A DNA stretch of 64,000 bases, taken from positions 116,833 to 180,832 of the forward strand of contig CAYUZE010000002.1 in NCBI GenBank assembly GCA_964449585.1, given 5' to 3'. Source of the DNA: an uncultured Gammaproteobacteria bacterium. Its GTDB lineage: Bacteria > Patescibacteriota > Microgenomatia > UBA10105 > UBA927. Every line of letters begins with the position of its first letter. The stretch's first letter is position 1. Of this stretch, positions 47,725 to 56,095 are shown in pieces. Made by a program: the position numbers and the translations under genes. Under the pieces are notes generated by a model, which was not told the origin of the DNA, searched no databases, and saw only the letters and a list, made by a program, of their open reading frames with translations.

Positions 47725-48750
47725 TTGCAAACATTCGTTAACCTTCCACCTCCAATTCAGGAGATAACACGGCGCATTATTTCGCGGAGCAATATGCGCG
47801 CCCTGCGACAGCATGCGGAACAGTTGCATGCGCGATATATGCACCGTGAAGCGGGGGATCGTCAGGCATTCGTAAAGAGTCCTGATGATGTCCTGGCGTA
47901 CCTCTGTCTTCGCTTTCCCGCGACCTATGCTCAGATATACGGCGCGCTTGCTCAGATTAAGGAACGTAACCCCGATTGGAAGCCCGCGCGTATGCTCGAT
48001 GTCGGTTGCGGCCCGGGAACGGCCATTTGGGCGGCCAAGGAACTTTGGCCGTCTATAGGCATTGCAGTCGGTGTCGACCAAGTACAGCATTTTCTTTCCG
48101 TTGCCGATGAGTTTGCCACCGTCTATCGCGAAACCCTGGAGCCAACCTGGGTCAAAGCCTCGTTTCTCAATTGGGTCAATGATGACCAGGATACCAACCG
48201 ATATGATCTTGTCGTTGTCGCCAGTGTCATAAACGAACTTCCCGGCATGTTAAAAGAGCAGGTGCTCACGCATATCGCGAAAAAGTGCAGTGGCTTACTT
48301 CTCATTATTGAGCCGGGAACGAAAGACGGCGTGACGCTTATTGAACGGTTAGCCAAAACGGATGCGATAAAGCTTCCGCTTTTTGCTCCCTATATCGACC
48401 AAACATTCGTGAGCGATGAGAAAACGTGGATTCATTTCTCCCAGCGATTTCAGCGGCCGGACTTCATGCGACTCATCCGTCAGAGCATGCGTGATTCTTC
48501 GCTTATGGCTTCGGATTGGGAAGAGGCTACCTATGCCTATGTTGCGCGCGGGAGCGTGCCGACGACCGTTTCGCCATGGGGAGTGACGATCGGAAAAGTC
48601 GAAAAGTACAAGGGCTATCTTATTGTCCCCGTGCTCACGGCAGAGGGTATTGTCCGTGCCCGTGTGCTGAAACGTCATAAGGACATATACCACGCCGCAA
48701 AGGAGCTTCGCTGGGGGGAGTTGCTAAAGGAGCCAATCGTTACATCGTAA
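47725..48750 (+). CDS. Rsm22/METTL17-like SAM-dependent methyltransferase
   Basis: LAYLCLRFPATY, MLDVGCGPGT, YDLVVVASVINEL, LIIEPGT..G, W.HFSQRFQRP, WEEATYAY. Confidence 0.85.
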   Translation: MQTFVNLPPPIQEITRRIISRSNMRALRQHAEQLHARYMHREAGDRQAFVKSPDDVLAYLCLRFPATYAQIYGALAQIKERNPDWKPARMLDVGCGPGTAIWAAKELWPSIGIAVGVDQVQHFLSVADEFATVYRETLEPTWVKASFLNWVNDDQDTNRYDLVVVASVINELPGMLKEQVLTHIAKKCSGLLLIIEPGTKDGVTLIERLAKTDAIKLPLFAPYIDQTFVSDEKTWIHFSQRFQRPDFMRLIRQSMRDSSLMASDWEEATYAYVARGSVPTTVSPWGVTIGKVEKYKGYLIVPVLTAEGIVRARVLKRHKDIYHAAKELRWGELLKEPIVTS

Positions 48751-49777
48751 GTGCGTTCACCTTCGGATGCTGTTGCATCGCGCGGATATAGTCTCCCGTA
48801 AGCGGGCAATCCTCCGGACGCATCCCTTCAGGACTCGCCATGCCGGTGAGTGTGACGGTACTCACTCCCGGGTGATCAACAAGCGCCATAAAATTTTTGT
48901 ATCGTTCCGTCAGGTTCAGGTAATCTCCTATGCGTGCCGGCCGGTCGCGGCTTGCGATAACGCGCCGAAAACAATCCTGAATGGCACGGGCGGCCATATG
49001 AAGCTCGACCCGATAGCCAATGCGATTGACACGATGCACCATTTTTTTCCACCAGTCGAGGTGGCGTAGCGATGTTTCACAAAGTACGGATAACCGCTTC
49101 CCCAGCGCGACATTGAAAGCAAGATCGGAAAGATCGGCGACTTCACGACTGGTTCGCATGACATGCGTATGATTGGATGCATCAAAGTCATCCATAAGAT
49201 ACGGACGCACCGCATCGGGATCACTCACATAGATCGGCTCGGTGTTTTTGTAGAGTGCGCGAAGTTTTTCGGATTTCCCCGCACCGAACGGTCCCATGAC
49301 TATCCGCAAAACGGGAAAATGGCTTGGCCGGATGCCCTGCTGGCTGGCATGCACGTACTCCCAATGCAACTGACGTCGCTCCGGGGTATATCGACCCGCG
49401 GGATCAGTCGTGAGGGTCTTTGTGTCCGGTTGTTGTTCCGCAGGTTCAATGCGGCGATGCGATTCGGCTTCAATCCGTTGCAGTTCATCGATGTTTCCCG
49501 ATCCGAACGCTTCGTAGGCACGAAAATAGTGCGGCAACGTCAGTCGCATATGGCGCAGCTTACCGACGGTTCTGTCTTTCGCTTGTGCCAAAATGAGTGC
49601 CGAAGTCTCAAGATCGGTTTCCGGTGCCGATAATGCATCCCGATGAATTGAAGGCATCCACAGCATATGTGCGGCGAGTGAACGCAACGGGGGAGTCAAC
49701 CACTTCGTGTCACCTTTGCCGCGCATGACGTCTGCAACGGGAGGAATGGCACAAAGTTGAGAATATTCGTGATGCAT
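48740..49777 (-). CDS. Zeta toxin family / P-loop kinase
   Basis: GPFGAGKS, SDPDAVR, SVLCETSL, GYRVELH; long N-terminal extension. Confidence 0.7.
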   Translation of the reverse strand: MHHEYSQLCAIPPVADVMRGKGDTKWLTPPLRSLAAHMLWMPSIHRDALSAPETDLETSALILAQAKDRTVGKLRHMRLTLPHYFRAYEAFGSGNIDELQRIEAESHRRIEPAEQQPDTKTLTTDPAGRYTPERRQLHWEYVHASQQGIRPSHFPVLRIVMGPFGAGKSEKLRALYKNTEPIYVSDPDAVRPYLMDDFDASNHTHVMRTSREVADLSDLAFNVALGKRLSVLCETSLRHLDWWKKMVHRVNRIGYRVELHMAARAIQDCFRRVIASRDRPARIGDYLNLTERYKNFMALVDHPGVSTVTLTGMASPEGMRPEDCPLTGDYIRAMQQHPKVNALTM

Positions 49778-49893
49778 AGAGATACCCGACAGCGTCGGGG
49801 GAAGGGGTAATTTTACCACAATATATGTGATGTATCGAACAATATGATACTCATGCTTGACCGCGGTAGTTGACTGTGCCATCGTACGATCAT

Positions 49894-50229
49894 ATGAAAG
49901 AAAAAACGACAGCCACCGCGGCCGACAATACCAATAGCATTCTCACCCTCTTATTGCTCTTTTTCGTGTATCCTATCGGGGTTGTCGTCATGTGGTTGTG
50001 GACGTCATGGGCAAAGTGGGTAAAAATCCTGGTCACCCTTCCCGTAATCCTTATCATCCTTTTCGGGGTGCTTTTCGGGATCGGTGCTACCCTTAACGTA
50101 GGAGAACAGGTCAAAAAGGCAGAGTGCGTCAAACAGTGCGAGAACTCGGCACTCAAGGAAACATGTCAGTCCCAATGCATGGGGAGTCTGAATGCTCCTC
50201 CTTCCTACGAAGGAACTCCGCTCGAGTGA
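49894..50229 (+). CDS. Small membrane protein with Cys-rich C-terminus
   Basis: LLLLFFVYPIGVVVMWLWTSWAKWVKILVT; CxxxC...CxxxC. Confidence 0.7.
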   Translation: MKEKTTATAADNTNSILTLLLLFFVYPIGVVVMWLWTSWAKWVKILVTLPVILIILFGVLFGIGATLNVGEQVKKAECVKQCENSALKETCQSQCMGSLNAPPSYEGTPLE

Positions 50230-50235
50230 ACAAGT

Positions 50236-50634
50236 TTAGCGGAAAAACCTTCTTCGTTTAGGACGTAGCTTTTGCAGCTGTTCCGAGGTGTACGCAAAGA
50301 TTGAAGGATATACGTCATATTGTTCGGCTTCGATGGTGTCTTTGTCTCCATAGCCTTCTTTCGGCGGGAGAAAACACTGATCCCGTTCTTTTTTGACGCT
50401 GCAACTTTTGCATACCTCGTCATTACGGACATCCCGATACCCGAGTATCCGTACCCGTTGCGCAGGGTTTCTCATACGATCCAAAATCCGCACGGATTCT
50501 TCGATGACGTTTTCATCATACCCGTTCCTTTCCAAGAACTGACGCAGATCATCGTCGCTTCGTCCCTCCTGTATCCACTGGGCAAAATTAAGGGCATGAT
50601 GGACACGGAGCCGTATGGGGCGATTTCCTTGCAT
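50236..50634 (-). CDS. DUF1284-like protein
   Basis: IRLRVHH...GYDENVI...DEVCKSC pattern. Confidence 0.6.
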   Translation of the reverse strand: MQGNRPIRLRVHHALNFAQWIQEGRSDDDLRQFLERNGYDENVIEESVRILDRMRNPAQRVRILGYRDVRNDEVCKSCSVKKERDQCFLPPKEGYGDKDTIEAEQYDVYPSIFAYTSEQLQKLRPKRRRFFR

Positions 50635-50637
50635 AGG

Positions 50638-50880
50638 TTATTCCTCCAGTACGGAGCGGGGCACAAATACTCTTTTTTGGGGGAGTGAAAGATGCCAGGC
50701 AGAGAAGATAATAGCCGTTCGGTCAAGCCGTACCTCCATTCCCGCCCGTTCGTCGGGTGGTCCAAACAGCGGACAGGGAGCCAGTGCGCGAAACACGAGG
50801 CGGGCGCCAGGCAACACCTCTTCAAGTGGTTGCGTGGTTATGGTACATAGCTTTCGGGGCACAATGGTGCGTTCTGACAT
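50638..50880 (-). CDS. Small hypothetical protein
   Basis: 80 aa, ends 3 nt before the next start. Confidence 0.45.
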   Translation of the reverse strand: MSERTIVPRKLCTITTQPLEEVLPGARLVFRALAPCPLFGPPDERAGMEVRLDRTAIIFSAWHLSLPQKRVFVPRSVLEE

Positions 50881-50953
50881 TCAAGGATTGTACTATAGGG
50901 CATGTATAAAGGGAAGTGCTTGCGGCGGTAAGCGGGATTTGTATAATCGATCT

Positions 50954-51325
50954 ATGGGAAGTATCGTCGAATTAAATGACACGCTCCAAATTTCCAAAGC
51001 CCAGGGTTTTCCCGACATGCTGGATATAACAACGCATGTGAAGCACCCTTTTACGCTCAAAGACGTTGCCGGAAAAGTCTTTACGTTTCAAAAAAAAGCC
51101 AATATTCGCCTCTATCATGCTCCGCCGGTGCGCAATTTTCTTGTGGAAAATGTTGACGGGAAATGGATTTACTGGGGACTCGTTCACATCCTCGAAGTGA
51201 CGCACGATTACCAAAACAAAATGACGTCGGGGAAATTCGTCATTATCTATCTCAATACGCCGGAGGAGATGAAACAGGCGCATCATTTGATCGATCAGAA
51301 CCCGGATACCGCCTATTTTGGTTGA
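50954..51325 (+). CDS. Conserved hypothetical protein
   Basis: MGSIVELNDTLQIS..QGFP...RNFLVENVDGKWIYWG; TATAAT 6 nt before the ATG. Confidence 0.75.
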   Translation: MGSIVELNDTLQISKAQGFPDMLDITTHVKHPFTLKDVAGKVFTFQKKANIRLYHAPPVRNFLVENVDGKWIYWGLVHILEVTHDYQNKMTSGKFVIIYLNTPEEMKQAHHLIDQNPDTAYFG

Positions 51326-51379
51326 TATCAGGCTCCGGGTTGTATTTTTTCGCAAAAAATATTACTATCGGTCTGCGAT

Positions 51380-52657
51380 ATGAGCATTGAGTCTCGTAGG
51401 CCTACGCAACCACCGCCGTACGAACACGACCCCCATGCCTCAACCGGGGAACGTTTTCACTCCCCAAAAAGTCAGGAAATCATTGAACCGCCGCTGGTGT
51501 TACGGGATATCACCATGCAGGAAATTTTTGACCGGTTTGATACGCACTGGAATGCGGAAACGGTGAGGGTGAATATCGCAGGGGACGGTGACAGTATTGA
51601 TATCCCCGATGCCTGGCACGGGGCAAAAAAATACGGCAGGCCGAACAAAGGCGATGCCGAAGTGCTCTTCGGCCCGCTTCTCGTTGAATCGATTGAGGGA
51701 ACCAAGCTTCCCGCCGACCGGTTTGTCGAAGGGCTCAAAGCCCTCAATTTCACTTGTGAGGACGGGTACGGCAAGGAACTCACGGATGCCCAAGCCGTTG
51801 CCGCAATTTCGTCTGATGCGTCTTGCCAGACGCTGTCGGGCGAGGAAGAAATTCCCGTCATGCGGGCAATCAAAAATGACGCTCAGGGCAAAATAATCAT
51901 TGAAATCCGTAATGGCTCGATGTCTCCCGTGATGCGTGAGCTCACCACGATCGGCAACGATCCCGTCATAGACGCGGATAAGAAGGCTCGGTATCGCAAA
52001 GCGGTAAGTGACTGCTTGGGAGGATTCTTCACCAAAGGGGCAACCGCAGTACGGAAGCGACTTCGGTTATATGAGTACAAACGGTTAACCCGGTTCGATG
52101 ACTGTTTGGCATCGGGGGCGACCATTTTCGGAGACCAGGAAGTTGATGATCTGATGGGTCGAACGCGCAAACAAACACTTGAAGAAATCCGTGTCGCCGT
52201 GGCCTCGACGCAGGGCATCACCATGGCGGTAAAACGCGCGCTTGACCGTCAGGTGCCGACCCTTATTCGGGTGGGAGCGCTGGCCTACGGTTTGGGGAGC
52301 AAAGCGATCGGCACGAATTATCTTATCAATACCCAGCCCGAAATGGCCGCACTCGGCAGATTTACCGTGGGTGATATGGGCGACAAACTTTCGACCGGCC
52401 GCGAAGGCCGTATCAATCCGCACGTGCGCATTTACGGCGCAGGCAAAAACGAAACGCGCATTTACTTGGGCGGCGGACTCGCCATGCTGGAGCTTTGGGA
52501 AGATAAAATCCGTGAGAAGAACAAAGAGCCCGACGCCGTCGTCTGTGTGTTACAGGCCTCCCGTATCAATCCGCCGCCCGAACAGGACGGAGAAATCCAT
52601 GATTGGGGCGTGTTGCTGAAGGGAAAGAAGCTTCCGTTTTATGATCCGACCATTTAG
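51380..52657 (+). CDS. Divergent type I phosphoribosyltransferase (UPRTase-like)
   Basis: IPVMRA, FDDCLASGAT and VGDMGDKL match UPRTase motifs in the correct order. Confidence 0.6.
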   Translation: MSIESRRPTQPPPYEHDPHASTGERFHSPKSQEIIEPPLVLRDITMQEIFDRFDTHWNAETVRVNIAGDGDSIDIPDAWHGAKKYGRPNKGDAEVLFGPLLVESIEGTKLPADRFVEGLKALNFTCEDGYGKELTDAQAVAAISSDASCQTLSGEEEIPVMRAIKNDAQGKIIIEIRNGSMSPVMRELTTIGNDPVIDADKKARYRKAVSDCLGGFFTKGATAVRKRLRLYEYKRLTRFDDCLASGATIFGDQEVDDLMGRTRKQTLEEIRVAVASTQGITMAVKRALDRQVPTLIRVGALAYGLGSKAIGTNYLINTQPEMAALGRFTVGDMGDKLSTGREGRINPHVRIYGAGKNETRIYLGGGLAMLELWEDKIREKNKEPDAVVCVLQASRINPPPEQDGEIHDWGVLLKGKKLPFYDPTI

Positions 52658-52713
52658 CCCGTCGCTTCGGTTCATTTCCCCCGTATAGCCTCTGCAAATG
52701 GTACAATACGTGC

Positions 52714-53682
52714 ATGTTGGTCGATACCGTACGATTAGTCGTGAAGGCGGGAGATGGGGGCAACGGCGCCGCCACGTTTGCCAGTGCTCCGGGGAAAGCC
52801 CGCGGAGGACCCGACGGTGGTAACGGCGGTCGCGGCGGTGATATATATTTTCAGGCGTCACCGAATATTACCGATCTCCGCGAATTCCGCTATAAAAAAA
52901 AGATTGTGGGAGAAAACGGGGGACACGGCACCAAACACAACGGATTCGGCAAAAACGGTGCTTCCAAGACGACGCTTGTGCCGCTCGGCACGCAAATTAC
53001 CGATGAAGCTACGGGAAGCGTCATCTCATTGGAAACAGTCGATGCTCCCGTATGTATCGCCAAAGGCGGGAGAGGCGGATTCGGTAACGTAAAATTTAAA
53101 TCATCCACGCATCAGGCACCAACGAGGCGAGAGCTGGGAGAACCGGGCGAGCGGAAAAATCTTCTCTTGGAACTTCGGCTGATTGCCAAAGTCGGTTTGA
53201 TCGGATTGCCGAACGCGGGCAAGAGCAGTCTGCTTGCCGCGTTAACAAACGCCACCCCGGCAATAGGGGCATACCCGTTTACCACTCTGGAGCCGAGTCT
53301 CGGTATGTACGGCACCCATCCGATCGCCGATATTCCCGGGCTTATCGAGGGTGCTTCTCGCGGCGTCGGGCTAGGAATCAAATTTCTTCGTCATATAGAA
53401 AAAACGTCCATGCTTATCCACTGCATCGACATTAGTGCCGCCGATCCGCTCAAGGACTATTTGACGGTTCGGGAGGAATTTCGCGCATTCAATCCCGCCC
53501 TGCTTGAAAAGCCGGAAATTATTTTTCTCAATAAAACGGATCTGGTTGACGAAAAACGCGTGAGTGAGATACGGGAACTTTTCCGGAAGCGTGCCGTTGC
53601 CGTTTTTGCGGGTTCTGCGTATGTGGCGGAATCCCTCGGTGAGCTCAAAACGTTCCTTACCGACCGCCTTGCTTCGGAGTAA
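52714..53682 (+). CDS. obgE: Obg family GTPase
   Basis: Gly-rich Obg domain, GLPNAGKSS, YPFTTL, DIPGLIEGA, NKTD. Confidence 0.96.
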   Translation: MLVDTVRLVVKAGDGGNGAATFASAPGKARGGPDGGNGGRGGDIYFQASPNITDLREFRYKKKIVGENGGHGTKHNGFGKNGASKTTLVPLGTQITDEATGSVISLETVDAPVCIAKGGRGGFGNVKFKSSTHQAPTRRELGEPGERKNLLLELRLIAKVGLIGLPNAGKSSLLAALTNATPAIGAYPFTTLEPSLGMYGTHPIADIPGLIEGASRGVGLGIKFLRHIEKTSMLIHCIDISAADPLKDYLTVREEFRAFNPALLEKPEIIFLNKTDLVDEKRVSEIRELFRKRAVAVFAGSAYVAESLGELKTFLTDRLASE

Positions 53683-53734
53683 CCTTCCTGATCGCCGCTT
53701 CATCTGCTATACTCTCCCTAGAAAGGAGAACACC

Positions 53735-53932
53735 ATGAACGGCACTGTCAAAACAAAAACAGACAGAGGATTTGGCTTCATTGCCCGAGAAGGGGAAGCG
53801 AAAGACCTGTTTTTTCATTCCAAGGATTTAGTCGGCGTCACGTTTGATGAAATCCAAGTGGGTGATCAAGTGACATTCGAAGTTGTGGATGGCCCCAAAG
53901 GACCTTCCGCCAAGAATGTAAAACGCGTATAA
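53735..53932 (+). CDS. Cold-shock protein
   Basis: RGFGFI and LFFHS RNP motifs; SD AAGGAG. Confidence 0.95.
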   Translation: MNGTVKTKTDRGFGFIAREGEAKDLFFHSKDLVGVTFDEIQVGDQVTFEVVDGPKGPSAKNVKRV

Positions 53933-53956
53933 CGCAACTACCTCGCTCTGCGAGGG

Positions 53957-53985
53957 AAAAAGTCCCGCGAAAGCGGGGCTTTTTT
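53957..53985 (+). terminator. Intrinsic, probably bidirectional terminator
   Basis: AAAAAGTCCCGC-GAAA-GCGGGGCTTTTTT. Confidence 0.85.
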
Positions 53986-53989
53986 GTGG

Positions 53990-54253
53990 CTATGAACGCT
54001 TTCCCGTCAGCATGCCCGTCAGATATTCTTCGACAAACCATTTGATACGGCGTTCAGCCGTATTGCAAAGGAGTGTTATGCCAAGTGTCCAGGCGGAAGG
54101 CAGCGGACGACGATCCGGAAGTATGCCGTGGACGGGATCATGGATACCGCGTTCGCGAAAACGCGGCAACAGTACCCTTGCACGAACGCCGTTTCGATAC
54201 CAACGCGGGTGATACCAACGGATCGCGCGCTGTTCTGATGCATTGGCTGCCAT
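53990..54253 (-). CDS. Small hypothetical protein
   Basis: 87 aa between the helicase gene and the terminator. Confidence 0.4.
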   Translation of the reverse strand: MAANASEQRAIRWYHPRWYRNGVRARVLLPRFRERGIHDPVHGILPDRRPLPSAWTLGITLLCNTAERRIKWFVEEYLTGMLTGKRS

Positions 54254-54308
54254 CGGTGTACAAAGAATACTCTACGTAAAGTATACAGGAGGGGAAATGG
54301 AAAAAGAA

Positions 54309-55535
54309 CTACTCGATGAAGGTGAGGGCAATACCCCGCTTGTTTGCCCGCCCGGTCCGACCGATGCGATGGATGTAGTCTTCCAGCGTTTCGGGAAGGT
54401 CATAATTAATCACATGAGAGACATCGGGAATATCGAGCCCGCGGCTCGCTACATCGGTGGCAAGCAACACTTGTATCCTGTTTTGCTTGAACTGCTCAAG
54501 GACATATTGCCGCTGATTTTGGCGTTTGTTTCCGTGGATGGCACTTGCCCGGAAGCCGCGCCGTTCCAGTTCATCGGATAGCTTCTGTACGCCCCATTTG
54601 GTACGTCCGAAGATTAATACTTTATCAAACTCCTTTTTGTTAAGAAGATCATGCAGGACTTCGATTTTGGGAACCTCGCGGGTGATGCGCACGGCTTCCT
54701 GTCGTATGGTGACGGCCGTATCTTCTTTTTTCACCGATACGTGCACGGGATCTTTAACAAAATCGGTGAGTATCTCGCCGACTTTACCAGAGATAGTGGC
54801 GGAGAAAAATAACGACTGGCGCTTTTCGGGGAGCAGCGAGATAAAGTATTTGATCTCATTGATAAACCCGATGTCCACCATGCGATCCGCTTCATCCAAT
54901 ACCACATTGGCAAAATCAGAAAGCCTGACAAATCCCGCACCGATGAAATCTTTGAGTCTTCCCGGCGTGGCAACCACCAGGTGAGGCGTATTTCGCAGAT
55001 CCTGCCGTTGGCGCCACTCGTTGGCGCCTCCGATAAGCATGGCGCTTCGAAGTCCAATGCGTCGCGCGAGCTCCCGGAATTCCTGGGTAATTTGTACTGC
55101 CAGTTCACGGGTGGGCGCGATGACGAGCGTGCGTTCGTTTCGGGTTGCCGTCATTTTTTGGATAAGGGGGATCAAAAATGCGGCAGTTTTTCCCGTACCT
55201 GTATTGGCGGTGCCGATGACATCCCTGCCCGCGAGAATCACGGGGATCGCTTTGTCCTGGATGGGAGTGGGAGTAAGAAATCCTTTTTCCGTGATGGCAT
55301 CCGCAAGCCGGGGATCGAGCGCAAAATCAGCGAATGTGTGGGTGATGGCCTCGGGCTCAAAGATCACGGTCTCCGCACGGGTTTGACTCCGTTCAATGAC
55401 GGAAAGGATCACGTGTTTGGGTACCGTACGCATATGCCTTCCGCCGCGGTTATCACTGCTCCCGCCGGGCCCGCGACTGCGACCGCCGCGAAAATTGCCT
55501 GAAGGACGAAATGATCGGATATTTTTCTTATACAT
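54309..55535 (-). CDS. DEAD-box RNA helicase
   Basis: Q motif PTPIQ, TGTGKT, PTRELA, TPGR, DEAD, SAT, ATDVASRGLD, HRIGRTGR; RG-rich N-terminus. Confidence 0.96.
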   Translation of the reverse strand: MYKKNIRSFRPSGNFRGGRSRGPGGSSDNRGGRHMRTVPKHVILSVIERSQTRAETVIFEPEAITHTFADFALDPRLADAITEKGFLTPTPIQDKAIPVILAGRDVIGTANTGTGKTAAFLIPLIQKMTATRNERTLVIAPTRELAVQITQEFRELARRIGLRSAMLIGGANEWRQRQDLRNTPHLVVATPGRLKDFIGAGFVRLSDFANVVLDEADRMVDIGFINEIKYFISLLPEKRQSLFFSATISGKVGEILTDFVKDPVHVSVKKEDTAVTIRQEAVRITREVPKIEVLHDLLNKKEFDKVLIFGRTKWGVQKLSDELERRGFRASAIHGNKRQNQRQYVLEQFKQNRIQVLLATDVASRGLDIPDVSHVINYDLPETLEDYIHRIGRTGRANKRGIALTFIE

Positions 55536-55547
55536 ATAGGGAAAACC

Positions 55548-55698
55548 GTATTGAAACAAAATAACTGCTTATGTCATGAAAAAAACCTGAAAAGGGGAAA
55601 AGACGCGGATAATAAAAAAATAGCTTGGGGCGTTTTTTCTCTCAACTTCTCAAACTGTCAACTCGATAAGCAGATGTATTGTTTCAATACAAACTGCA
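55548..55698 (-). promoter_or_regulatory. Structured 5' leader of the DEAD-box helicase gene
   Basis: Inverted repeat 55548-55572/55666-55690 plus a competing local hairpin; extended -10 TGcTATACT at 55705-55713. Confidence 0.6.
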
Positions 55699-55762
55699 GA
55701 TTACAGTATAGCAGAATGTAAGATAAATAGCAATTTCATGGCTATTTTGCTACCATTCGGCT

Positions 55763-56026
55763 ATGGCTACCGAAAAAACATATCCCAAGGGAACAGTATT
55801 TAGCGGCAATCATGGAGAGGCCGCGGCTTTTGCCCGTGAAAAAGTAGCGTCCGGGGAATGGACTTCGGAAGAAGCTTTGGCTTTCACTGAACGTGTGTAC
55901 AGACAGACCATGTTGGATCAACTCATGGGCGTGCCTCAGGCAGAGGTGCCGGAAGAACTACCTGAACATAGGGCAATATTCACCAATCCATTAAAAGGAA
56001 TAATCAAAAAGAAACCGAAGGTGTAA
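55763..56026 (+). CDS. Small hypothetical protein
   Basis: TACCAT 6 nt before the ATG; 87 aa. Confidence 0.6.
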   Translation: MATEKTYPKGTVFSGNHGEAAAFAREKVASGEWTSEEALAFTERVYRQTMLDQLMGVPQAEVPEELPEHRAIFTNPLKGIIKKKPKV

Positions 56027-56095
56027 TGGATTCCGCAAAACTTCCTTCATAAACTATATTTCTTCCCCCGTAGTGTCGTACACTGGAACCAGTGT

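Noticed and set aside
42700-52700. Prophage or defence island
   Set aside because: No integrase, phage structural, restriction-modification or recognisable defence genes; orientations are mixed and composition is host-like.
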